DNA from: Vermamoeba vermiformis
Lineage: Eukaryota
Reading direction: 5' to 3'
Length of the DNA stretch: 64,000 nucleotides
Assembly: GCA_045837725.1 (NCBI GenBank)
Contig: JBEWZL010000200.1
Coordinates: 186,001 to 250,000, forward strand
Positions 1-12,603 of the stretch are shown here, one piece after another. The position numbers and the translations under genes are program-made. Numbering within the stretch: the first letter of the stretch is position 1; each line of letters begins with the position of its first letter. The notes under the pieces are model-generated. The model ran no database searches. It saw only the letters and a program-made list of their open reading frames with translations, and was not told the DNA's origin.

Positions 1-1844
1 CAAATGTCACGGGTGTCATCGAAATACTGCCCGTACACAGCGAGACATATGCTCCTACGGTCGTAACTCACACTTGCGGCGTGTTCTCTCCGAGTTCAGT
101 GTTCATGAGGGACGAGCGATGTCGCATTACAAATCGTGCAGTGAGTGCGCAAGGTGATGCAACAACGTACACGTATGACTGGCAGTGCACGCAGCCTGAG
201 CCAGCTGTGTCGACTGGAGTGGTTGTAGCTGCTGTAGTTACGAGTGTTGGTGGCACTATTTTGTTCGTGGTGATTGGCATCATTTCCGTGCGTTATGTAC
301 GAGGCAAACGACGAGTCGAACAACTGTTGAACAGAGTGGAACTGCTGACACTGACCACAAAGAACGGAGCAGACGATCAGTTCTCACTTCCTCAGTGGCA
401 TGCACCAGAAGACTACTCGCTCAAACCAATCGAAGACTTGCCCATTCAGTTGTCAAACACAAAGTTCGACTTTGGCACCAAAGGCAATCTCTTGCAAGTT
501 GATTCCATGTACAAGGACACGTTCACGATGCAAGCCAAAGCAAAGCCGAGCAACTCCCGCGGCTTAATTGAACGACTCATCGAGAAGACTGTGCACGTTC
601 AGTTCCATCCAGTTCAGTCGTCAAAGTTCCAACTCACCGTGGACCCAGCTGAAATTGATCTTCGCGGCAAAGATGAAGTTAGTGTGACACTGATGCTGCA
701 AATGAGAATGACAACACGCACAAACATCTCACTGTGGGTCGAAGTTCCTGAACTCAAACAGTTCTCTTTGCTCGAGTTTGTTTGTGCAAGTGAACCATCA
801 CCTTGGATTGACATCGATGACGTCAACGACATTAGCGAGCCACTTGGTGAAGGAGGGTTTGGTGCTGTGTACAAAGCCAAGTACCGTGGACAACAAGTGG
901 CGTTTAAGAAACTCAAGGTAAGTTGTGACAATTAATGAAATGACACGTGTCAACACGTCAAAAGTGTCATTTACTAATCGCTGTCATGAACAGTACCAGG
1001 AAATGGACCTACCATTGCTTGAAGAGTTCAACCGCGAAGTGCAAATGATGATGAACTTGCACCACAGATGCATTGTGCAGTTCATCGGAGCATCAAAAGT
1101 GCCTGGAAAGCTTGCCATCTTGACAGAGTTCGTTTCAGGAGGCAATCTTCAAGAACTGTTGAACAGCAGACCATTGGACACAGGATTGAAACTGAAGATT
1201 GCATTGGATGTTGCAGAAGCACTTCAGTTCTTGCACGCGAACAACATTCTTCATCGTGACATCAAAGCAGAGAATGTGTTGGTTGCATCGACAGCCAAAG
1301 AAGCATCAGTGAATGTCAAACTGACTGACTTTGGCACTGCTCGATCGATTGTCGAAGAAGTGACCATGAAGTTCACCAAGGGTGTTGGTACTCCCACTTA
1401 CATGGCTCCTGGTAAGTCTGATCACGTGGCACTTTTTGACACCGTGAAAAATATTGACACGTGTCATACGTCGTACATGGTACACTATTGATCATCGTTT
1501 GCGTGTTCATCCAAGCATATATTACCCAATTAGGCAAGTGCTTACTAACATTCACCCCTGCAGAAATCCTCGACAACAAGCAGTACGAACGCAGTGCAGA
1601 TATTTACAGCTTTGGCATTCTGTTGTGGGTGATTATGACGCAAAAGATTCCGTACATTGACGTCAAGAACTCGTGGGACATTGCGCGCATGGTACTTGAG
1701 GGCAAACGATTGCACATTCCTGGCTCAATGTCGATCACAGTCAAGCAGCTGATCGAGAAGTGTTGGGCACAGGAACCGAGTGACAGGCCAACTATTGATC
1801 AAGTCGTGCAGCAGCTGAATTCAATTTTGATTTCAAAAATGTAA
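1..1844 (+). CDS. Receptor-like TKL protein kinase, 5' partial (exons ~<1-917, 994-1411, 1564-1844)
   Basis: Single TM helix (GVVVAAVVTSVGGTILFVVIGII) followed by kinase motifs LGEGGFGAVY, VAFK, HRDIKAEN, DFG, GTPTYMAP|E, DIYSFG; GT-AG introns restore the frame. Confidence 0.92.
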
Positions 1845-2081
1845 AATAACACGTGCTTCAATTGGCCGTATTTTAATTTGGATGTGTTGATCTCGAAACC
1901 TGGCAAGGCGGAGTCTTTGTCGTGTTTTTCCATCCCAAAGATGATAATTTATGGTCGACCATAAATCCGTGGGAATAGTATCCCTTGATCTTAAATTAAT
2001 AGTTTATCAGCGTTGCAACTGTCCGTTTCTTGCATCTGAATTTTGGCCGTTGGTAAATTCGAATGTTTTGACACCATCGCA

Positions 2082-4194
2082 ATGGAGCACGAGAACAGTA
2101 GAAAAAATAGTAGTGAAAGATATTCCACGAACAGGTTTGCTAAGTCCTTGATTTTGGATTTGCTTGCCTCAACTTTAGTTCATCTGGACCCTGAACGAAT
2201 TAAAGAACACGTAGAGAAAAAAAATTACGATATAAGTAATTTACAAGATTTGTTTAAATTAGAAGACGAAGCAAGAGAAAATTATAAGGAAGAAATTATT
2301 GAATCTGAAGACGATTTTTTCCCATCAATTAGTTTGGAACCAGAAGGAGATGCAACAAGTGAGATCAATGATGGTCTACCTGAATATGAAGGCGTTATTG
2401 AAATTAAACCGGAGGAATTTATTAAAGTGGATCAACGCGATCAGTACTTAGCTCTATGCAACACTGATAACCATCAAGCAAGAAATATGTTCGCTCATTA
2501 TTATGACGTGCATAATAGTGGACAGAAGAATGACATTGCTCTCACTGTATCATTCATCCAGAATTTAATCGAGCTGATCTCATCAAAGAACACTCAAATT
2601 AACAAATTAAAACTCAAATCGATATTAATACGTGGTAAGTATAAGTTAGATCCTGTTGAAACAATTGCTAATAATTATTCTGCGTAGAATGTTTGGATGC
2701 GTTAATGAAGCTCGTGTACACCTACTGCGATGAAGTTCGGTACAAGACTATTGAGCTCGTAATTATAATTATTAAAATTAAAATGCGAAACAAGCTTGGT
2801 AAGTTTCCATTAAACTACTGATCCGCGACTTACCTCTTTATAAAGGCAAACTCTCGTTGTACAAGCCTATACTCGATATTGGTAGTATTAAAGCTTTGAA
2901 TTTGGCACAAGTACGTTGATATATTGCATTAATACGGTAAATTAACCCAAAACGCGTACCAGGCAGTGCATGGTGCACGCACGGATCTGCGCATTTGGCT
3001 CAACGACCTAGGACATCATACTTACGATACTAAGGTATTTTGTATACTTACCCGAGACCTAATACATATTCTAATCGCTCTCCCTTCAGATTTACGACAT
3101 GAAACCTGCAGAAGCACGTGCCATTCTGAGTGCTTACCGCAAGTATTATTTCAAGTTAGACGGCCAGAACAAAGAGTAATATCAATACTATATGGTTATA
3201 TGGTTATTAAATAACATATTAAATAGTGATATTGAACTACTGAAGCAGCTTGAAGGAAGATTAGACAAAATAATTAAGGAAGACTTCAACGGCACGGCTT
3301 TCTTCAAATTGTCCTCAAGAAGTCCTAAAGACGCCGTATTCGAACGAAAAGAATACAAGAAGATGTTTGCAGAAGGTATGAAATCATCACCATTCTTTTA
3401 ATAATTTCTCCGCATCTCTTGTTACCCCGATCTTCAGCTTAATTTCTTAATTTAGAAATGGAGAAGTGGAAAAAAGACTTCAATTTACCTGCCGATGAAG
3501 AAAAAGTACCGCAAAGTATCAAACAAGCCGTAGAACAAAAGTGCGCGGCCCATTGCATGGCGATGGATAGCGGTGCTGCTATTGTAGAGATGTTGACGAC
3601 CTCATCTCGCGCTTATTTAGATTTGAGAGAGGCCCTCGAGATGGCAGACGAATTCGATATTCAAATTATCCTAAGAAGCTTTAGACCGACCCCTGTGGAG
3701 TTCGAACTACGCAGTACGCGCGGATCTGATTTATCTCTAGAACAATGCTAATACGTTTATTTTAGGCTTTATGAGGAATAGAAAATTAAATGCGATGACT
3801 CAATACTTTTCTAAGTGCTATTTCCCTTGGGTGACGATGGAGGATTGGAAACAGATCAAGCAAAAAGTTCTCAAGTATTTCAACGAAGAAATAGCGCACA
3901 TATTGCCTATGCCCGATGGTACTATCGATTTTGTAGTGTATCCCGATAAGATTATGGTCATTGAAGTGAATTGCTATGGTGAAATGGCTGGTACGTGCGC
4001 ACACCAGACCAGAGGTCTGCTCACTGGTCCAGTGCTCAATTTTACTTAAAGTGAATCGTGTTCATTATAACAATATTTGTCTACTAGGGTCTGGCCTATT
4101 CGACTGGAAAAAAGACCAAGATGTAATGTACAACGGTCCGTTCGTTTTTCGTGTGGTTAAGGACGCTGATCTTACCCCCGTTGTTGTGGAATAA
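2082..4194 (+). CDS. Cdc123/D123-like (R2K clade) ATP-grasp protein with acidic/helical N-terminal extension, multi-exon
   Basis: Spliced motifs FFKLSSRSPKDA, FELRSF, IDFVV, VIEVNCYG, SGLFDW..D; linkage of the 2082-2900 exons to the ATP-grasp part is inferred. Confidence 0.7.
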
Positions 4195-4660
4195 GGCTTA
4201 ATAATTAGTTCATAAATATTTGTAATTATTGAGAACGTTGGACCAAAAGCAGATCCCGAGAACAATAGAAAATAATAAACAAAGGATGGGCCGGTAACTT
4301 TGCAACCCGAAAAATTTTAAATTAATCTTGACTAAATTCTAATATATTTATATCAAGCGCTTACCTAGTTACACCACTGCAGATCCTCTCCTGCGTTACG
4401 CAGCGCGAATCTGACTTACTGAAAAATCATCTAATTTTCTTGCTTGACGAAGGGTTACACCGCTGTCGACAGTTCAGCTTGGTATTGTATTCATACTAAT
4501 GTCTATGTGCTATTATTGAAACACTGTAAGCAAAATAAACAAGCGAGATTTCCTAGCTGTGAATTCAAAATGGAAGCGCAAGAAATGTTTTATTAATTTT
4601 TACCTGCCATTCGATGGTAACCCACAACTCTTCATCTCTTTTAACATTATATAAGTAAAC

Positions 4661-7600
4661 ATGGAGCCACACCCCTTGGACTTGCTTTCTCCTGACGAGA
4701 TCCGCACTGCAGTCACAATCGTCAAGAAAAAGTTCCCTCCCCACATCAGGTTCGTCATTGTTGGTAAGTCATCAAAACTTGAGAATATAGGTTTCACAAA
4801 TATATACAAATATTTTTAATTATATTTTGGACGTTTGGGCCTGGTATGTCCCTTCGTTCATCTGATTTGTTACGAGGCAGATTGCAACAGCTTTAGTAGT
4901 CTTTCCTAATTTCCTTTAATTTTTATTATTCGCGGTTAATTATATTGCATTCAATATTTGCACGTGCTTGAGGCTATGTCCTCCGCATTGTAGCGTGATG
5001 TCATATGATTGCAACTGCATCCATTTCAATTACTGAAACTCGGCTAATTCGATTCCATTTAATATAGAACTGAAGGAGCCTATTAGGAGAGAAGTCCTCA
5101 ACTTCAAATTCAGCCCCGACCGCGCCGTTAAGCGCGATATTCGCATGATCTTGCTGGACAAGAAGAAGCCTCAAAGCTATGAGGTAGAAGTGTCTCTAAA
5201 TAAGAACGAAATTACCAAAATTAAGCCCCTCGAAAATATTCAACCTGCGCTTATGGGTTCAGAGTATGTACACACTATTGTAATGAATTTTCTTGATCGG
5301 ATGTGTTCGCATCCCCGTATCACTCTTCTAGAACCTTTCGATTTCGACTTTAATGGCCCATTAATACACATATCGTTATACTAATTCATTATGTATTTAG
5401 ATACGCTCAAGTTGAGAAAATGCTCAAAGAAAACAAGCAGTTCCAAGAGGCGTTGAAGAAGCGAGGCATTAAGAATATGGACCTCGTAAATATCGATGTC
5501 TGGTCTGTAGGATGGTAAGTTGATTTATAATAATTGAAATTACGCACACAGTGGTTGTCTGCCATCGTTGCAATTTTTTTTTAAATATTCTTGAATTATG
5601 AATATTGAGCCTATTATCGTAAAAAGGAAATATTAAACGAATAGCTTCATATTAGGAAATTAATTAATTATTCGCTAATTGAGTTGCCTCGTGTAACAGC
5701 AATTTTGCCATTCAGCGGATCTGAATTCGCCGCGCATAATTGCCTTAGTTTACGATCTTAATATTAACCATACATTATGTATATAGGTACAGCGAAGAAG
5801 ATAATCCTAATCGCCGTTTGTGCCGACCTTTTGTTTTCTACAAGGTGCATCCAGATGCCAACGGCTATGCTTGCCCCGTGGAAGGTCTCTCGCCCTTAAT
5901 CGATTTGGTAAGCATAATTTGATTTATTGAGAGCACTTAAACTATTCTGATTGACCCACGCAATTTACATTGGTCGATCCAAAAGATCATGAAACTGAAA
6001 ATCTTTTTATTACAAACTTAGTTTATCATAACTATTATTACCGTACTGCGAGACCTTATTTTTATTTGATAGCCAGTTCTATCGGGACTGTGTGACGCGT
6101 ATTGGTAATATTTATAGTATTACGTCAATTACCGATCTAACCTGTTTAGAATATTCTCATTTGTTTTATTTACATTAACAATTTATAGTATATATGATCT
6201 ATGACTAATTATTTTTCATTCAACAGAACACGCTTGAAGTGATCAAAATTGATGACTTCAGCACTGTGCCCTTGCCCCCGTACACCGGTGAATACAAAGA
6301 CACTTGGAAACAAATGCAGCCCGTCAGTCCGTTGAAGCCACTGAAGATCGTGCAGCCTCAAGGTCCCAGCTTCAAGGTACGTCCCCGAATGACATTTCAG
6401 GCTCGCCAAGTCACGTGACTCAAGACTATTGTTTTCGCAGATCACTGGCAATCTTGTCAACTGGTACAACTGGGAGTTCCGTGTTGGTTTCAACCCTCGT
6501 GAAGGCGTTGTGTTGTACAATATTGGCTGGTACGACAAGGGCCGCTTGCGTCCTATTTTCCATCGTCTCTCGTTGGCTGAGATGATTGTGCCTTATGCTG
6601 CCCCGTTCCCGCCTCACTTCCGCAAGAACGCTTTTGACGTCGGTGAGGAAGGTGTGGGCTACAACTCGAACACACTGCGCAGCGGCTGTGATTGTGCTGG
6701 TGTGCCTGCATTCTTTGACGCGCACATGACCACGAGTGATGGTGACGTCTTGACCATCCCTGACGCCGTTTGCTTGCACGAAGAAGACGACGGTGTATTG
6801 TGGAAACACACTGGTACGTATACACTGATGCTTATTACATCAAGATTCCAAGACTAATGTTTGCTGTCAATTAGACTGGCGTACTGGCAAGTCTGAAGTA
6901 CGACGTGCCCGCAGATTAGTCACATCGTTCTTCGCGACTGTTGCTAACTACGACTACGGCTTCTACTGGCAAATGTACCTCGACGGCACGATTCAATACG
7001 AAGTGCGCTTGACGGGCATTTTGTCCACGAAGGTCACTGGCCCTGGTGAGACCGATACTAAGTACGGCACGCCTGTCGCACCGCAGATCTCAGCCACGAT
7101 TCACCAACACTTCTTCTGTGTTCGCATGGACCCGTGCATTGACGGCCCCACGAACTCGATTTACGAAATCAACACGGCTTTGGCGGCCCCAGATAAGCAA
7201 TCTAACCCGTACGGCAATGCTTACTCGGCAGTGTACACGCAGTTGAAGAATGAGACCGAGGCCCAGCGCATTATCAACCCACTGACGGGCCGTTGCTGGA
7301 ACATTGTCAATCCGTCCGTCTACAATCGCTTCGGCAACAAAGTCGCGTACAAGATTGAGCCGTTAGACAACGTGATGATTTACTCGCAGCCCGACTCTTT
7401 CTTGCTCAACCGCGCCCCGTACTTGAAGAACCACTTGTACACTACTGTTTATCACCCGAACCAAAGGTAAGTCAACGACAAGATCTGGATCTGATCCGCT
7501 TGACGGGCATCTTGTGTGTTATTATAATGATACTTATATATTTGCGTTATTGTAGATTCCCTGCTGGCGACTATCCTAACCAAGCTGCACGCGAAGAGAA

Positions 7601-7817
7601 CGGAATCACTACGTGGCAGAAGGCTAACAGATCGCTCGACAACACGGATCTGGTCGTGTGGTACAACTTTGGTGTGCATCACATTCCTCGTCCTGAAGAC
7701 TGGCCCATCATGCCTTCAATCAAGGCAGGCTTCATCTTGAGAGCCAATGGTTTCTTTGACGAAAATCCAGCTCTCTGCGTGCCGCCTACGCCTTGTCAGA
7801 TCCAATCTAAACTTTAA
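4661..7817 (+). CDS. Copper-containing (TPQ) primary amine oxidase, multi-exon
   Basis: Start MEPHPLDLLSPDEI; NAFDVGEEG; cofactor motif ANYDY (~6943); HQHFF; HHIPRPEDWPIMP; GFFDENP. Confidence 0.96.
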
Positions 7818-8215
7818 GTTTGGACACTTCGAACACTAATAACAATACTCGGTACGAGTCGGAAACAACAAAATGATTATTACTAGGAGAGGTGTTGAAG
7901 GATTGAAAGAAGGAAGAAGAATTTTCAGGCTTTTGTCTTGTCAATGCGTCTTTGTAAGTGATGATCATCACATTATAATATATAAACTTATTTTGCAAAC
8001 ACTCGAAGCTATTTTTTTCTTCAAATTTATATATATCCCTCCAACTTTAATCTTTATGACATGTGACACGATCTCGTCTTCCTTCTTAGAGTTCACAAAA
8101 AAATACGCACGATTTGTGACTGTATGAACACAAATAAGATTTTTCGTGCGTTGTTTTTGTTCTGTTTGCATACCACGAACCGATAACACAATTGCCCTGC
8201 AACCTTCCTCTAAAC

Positions 8216-9560
8216 ATGAACCGAATCTTGGTACTGATGGCCATTCTAGGCTTACATACGAGTATGTAATGACATCTACTTAATGTAATTACGTTCCTCA
8301 CCGCAATACGACAGGTTGTTTGGGTGCAATAAACTTCAACAAAGTAACAGTCCCGAGCATTAATTTTGGCTCGGTCTATCCGCCATTCATGACGCAACTA
8401 CCCAACGGAAATATATTCCTTCTCGGAAATAACTTGGGCGATGCAACATACGAATTTGATCCTGTTTCCTCCGATCTGATTCCGCGCGCATCCATGCCTG
8501 TTGCACTCTACGATGACAGCTGCGTAGTTACTGCGTCAAATGGCAATATTTACGTTATAGGTACTATTTATAATTAAATTTGATACAAACTAACAACTAT
8601 TTTCAAGGGGGTTTGCTTTCCGCTGCGGTATCAGCCACTAATCCCTTTGTTCAAATTTACAACTCGAGTTCCGACGAATGGACTTTAGGTCAAAACATGA
8701 CTACGCCAAGAAATAGGCTGGCATGCGCGTATGATTCGGTTAAACAGAAAATTCATGTTTTGGGCGGATACGACTCAACCGGAAACCCTGGAGCCCCGCA
8801 CGAAGTATACAGCATTCTAAATAATACGTGGAAAAGTGCTGCTAATCCTGCTGACACTCACGGACGACTTGGAAGAGGCTACTACGAGCCCAAAAGTGCT
8901 TCTATTGTTTTTCTCGGCGGTGCTTTTTCGAGCGCCCAATCCGTGTACAACACTCAAACAGGCCAGTGGACGACATGGACACCTATGCCACAACAATTGT
9001 ATTATTTTGGTTTGACAGTCCTCGCTGACAGAGTTCTCGCTTTTGGTGGTGCTCAATCCAACTACTTTTTGACGTACTACTTTGCGAACAACACGTGGAC
9101 CACACAAACGATGAATGTGTCGCTGAACTTCTTCCACAACACTGCTGTGATTGGTGGATCCATCTATGCTATGTCAGCGAGTTTATCCTTGTACGTGACC
9201 TACTGTCAAGTGCCAGAGAATTGTGTTACAGACTGCACCAACGGTTGCGCACTAGAGACAGGAGTGTGCACGCCGTTGAATGGACTCCTTTGCGATGATT
9301 TTGACAACTGTACCATCGGTGACACTTGTTTTGGAGGTCAATGCATTGGTAATCAAACAGCCCCTGAATGTCTTCCACCTGTATCAGAGCCCTTGGTTGA
9401 AGCTCCTCAAGTCATTGACACACCGCACACTGAGCCCGTTGCTGCTCCAGTTCAAAACACTCCACTGCCTCGCAGAAATGTTTCGCAAGGAAGTTCTCTT
9501 TGGTACTTTAACGAAGCACTCATCGTCTTATTATTGTTGTTGACGTCGATGTTAGGCTAA
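8216..9560 (+). CDS. Secreted, probably GPI-anchored Kelch-repeat protein with Cys-rich (CDD..CT..D.C) module
   Basis: Signal-like MNRILVLMAILGL; Kelch repeats (IYVIGG, IHVLGG, VFLGG, LAFGG ...W); CDDFDNCTIGDTC; Pro-rich stalk; hydrophobic C-terminus. Confidence 0.8.
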
Positions 9561-10174
9561 TACAGTAAACGTTCATTTTAACAATTATTGAACGCACATG
9601 AAAAAGCGGGCTTTAGACTATTTCTTCTTCCACAAAGCGATTTGTTGGCACTTTGGACATTTGTTTCCGATTCGTGCTTGCGGAGTTGCGTGACAGACAA
9701 TGCACAGGCTCATTTGACACCCGCTCTTGCACTGGACCTGGGAGTGTCATCGATAGTTAGTTTAGAAACCCCTTCGGGTAAGCTAATTGTTTCGTTAAGA
9801 TACTAACGTAGCGAAAGACCGTGCAGTTAGATCTACAATTTTCGCATAAGGGCATTGTTATCGTGTTGTTTCGCTCACTACGGAAAGATACTCCAATGAA
9901 ATGAAAATCAATGTCCAAATCAACTGTTCGCGGCCGGACTCTCAAGTCCATTCATATCACCTTTGTTTTAAAGGCGAGAGCAAGGCGATATACGAGGGAA
10001 GTAACGCAGCAAGATGTGAAAGCGTCTCTAGATCCAACTAACAGCTAAAATTTATTTATACAAATGGAAACAACGAGACGCATATACAACAAGTTATGTA
10101 CATAGATGTTAGTACTGCACAATGCCCTCCTAGGGCTCGTAAGTATCTTACAAAGAGCTGCATGCCTTGTAGAT

Positions 10175-11045
10175 CTAAGGCAAGCAAACGCCATCGATAA
10201 AGGCTTGGGCGAACAAGAGCACGATGCATTGCACGACGAACGTGTCCTCAGTGTCCAAGAACTCGTGTATTTCGAAGCAACCTCGATTCAGCGTCGCAAC
10301 AATGCCTTCGTCCCTAAAATAGTCAAGTTAAAATTTGAATCCGGAAATTAAATTTGACTATGCGAGTTGTACCTCTTGATCACTATACGATGAAGAGCAG
10401 GGGCCTCGATGGTCCATTTGTTAGGTCTGAAATCCATGAATTCGACTGCAACGGCAATTATTAAAAGATCGAGAAATCGGACGAATTCAAAATTGCTTAC
10501 CCTCATAGTAATATTGTCTATTCTTGCACATTGTTTTTCTAAACCACGCCTTTTCAATATCTCTGAAGTAAATGAGATATTTGCAAGCGTCGATGCCGAG
10601 CTAATTTTGGATGCGATTAGATCAGCGAAAAAAGCTTTTTAAGACTAGCGCTTACCTTAGCGCAAGCAGTACCCCACACATCATGCTGTTGCAAGTGAGT
10701 CACTTTGAATTTGCTAATGATGCCACCAGATTAGATTTCTCGCAAATTGAATAAAACGGAAAAAACTTACTGATCCAAGCTCCAAGTGGCTGTCTTGGCT
10801 TTTAAAATCTTGTTATCGTGAATATCGCGCATGTAAACACAGTCCTTGAACGCCGAGCCCTTGAAATCGACTCGATATTCGAGCAGATCGAGCGATTTTT
10901 GAACAGGTGTATGTTGAAAGATAGAGAACGAATCTGAATGCAACTCCACCAAGTCCGAATGATGTTCCTCGTCGAGCAGCATCTGATGCTTATTCAGATT
11001 CTTGCGATAAGCTCGAGGAGAAAACATCTTCTTCGGCGAAAACAT
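10175..11045 (-). CDS. Hypothetical protein, possibly Tubby-C/LURP-one/scramblase-like fold, multi-exon
   Basis: Exon 1 ORF ends at GTAAG; last exon reads DEGIVATLNRGCFEIHEFLDTEDTFVVQCIVLLFAQAFIDGVCLP* (beta strands then terminal hydrophobic helix); fold call is weak. Confidence 0.5.
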
Positions 11046-11613
11046 GTTTACAGCGTGAATGCAGATGTAGTCCTTGAAAAGGTGAGTAGAGGTGTGGCTA
11101 GAACAAAACGAGCTGATCTGAACTAGTGTTTTGTTACCTTTTTATGCGTTACGTCAAAAAAAGTCTTGTTCCATACGAGATTTCTGACTATTTTGAACTT
11201 TGGAAACCAAATCCACGATTGTGTGTAGTAATATTTTCTCGTTTATTAGTAATTTTTTTTTGTGAAGCGGTTGAAAATCTTTAAGATCTCGCCCGACACT
11301 ACTTATACTATTAATAGATAGATATTTCGGCCTATAAGGATCAACTCAGCTTGAAAAGCGGTACAATTCAATTTGAATTTACATAGTGATTTGAACAGAC
11401 GGTCTTAATGTCTTTAAATAGGTTTGCAAGTGTTTTAGGATGATAGTAAATCTAAAATCTATTTACGGGAACCATTCGAGGACTGTCGGGTCCCGATATT
11501 TCAGAATTATTTTAATTTTCTATTCGTGGTAACAAAAATATCGTGTATGCTGCACACGTGTCCTTCATCTTTGACATTGACAATCGAAACACTTCTTATG
11601 AATTTACATGGTA

Positions 11614-12142
11614 TTTATTCACTTTGCTCTAAAAGCAAAAACAAATCCTGCTGCATCTCAGCTCGGTTGTCGCCAAGCGTACAAAATACCTAAATGTAGA
11701 TAAAAGAATAATACTTCGATTATTATCGTCACGAGAAGATGTTCACTCGTCTGACCAGTGCGCTCCACCCTAAATTGAGGGTTGTTGGACCTGGAGCTGC
11801 AAACAGATTTGATTTGCCGTACCTTGGTCGTTGATACAAAAGCGATGATTCGCTAGTTGATACAAAGCTGACAACGCTTCGTGAGTTATTGCTGCCGCTT
11901 TGGCTCTACTGCTTTAACGAGGTACGTAGCCGTACATCCGGATCCAACAGTGCTAGTACCTTGTCTGCTGCTTCTACGTAACCATCGTCCAGTCGGAAGG
12001 GTTTATTTTGACTCCAGGCAGCCTCAATGGCAGGAAAAGCTCCAAGCGGATCAGGCAGATTACAAGGAGGTGATGTTTCCTTCGTCAGTTTGTCGGCACT
12101 GTAATACGAAGGGAGAGGAGGAAGAGATGTGCGGTCGTTCAT
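11614..12142 (-). CDS. Hypothetical protein, multi-exon
   Basis: ORF MNDRTSLPP...DPDVRL followed by plausible GT-AG introns and exons (AITHEALSALYQLANHRF; VFCTLGDNRAEMQQDLFLLLEQSE*). Confidence 0.4.
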
Positions 12143-12603
12143 AGCGAGGGAATGCAATAATGACTTTTTTCTCATTTGCTCTTTTTTGTTCTGCAAGCAC
12201 ATGATTTTTTTCATAGGGCGTTTCATATGCAGAATATTCGTTTGCATATGCTATGAATTTGAGCAAACATAGACCGAACAGCCGGACGTTTTGGTTGGGC
12301 TTCTTTAAATAGGCGCTCTTTTGGATTCAGTAGTACCCTTTTTTTCAGCTTACCGCATCCAACTCGGTAGCAGTCCAACGTGCAAATTAACTAAATGCTA
12401 GATGTATCTATCTATATTAATCAGATAAATCGAGGTCACGAGAACAAGTTAACAGGTCTCGTGGTCTCTCGAAAATTTCGCGCTTCAATGTTGTAACCAG
12501 TTCTAATTCAACGACACGAGTGCACAACGCTTCGTCTATTGTATATTTATCTATTTATTGTAGTATTCAAGTATATTCTTAACAAAAGCATCGTTCCTCT
12601 GTC

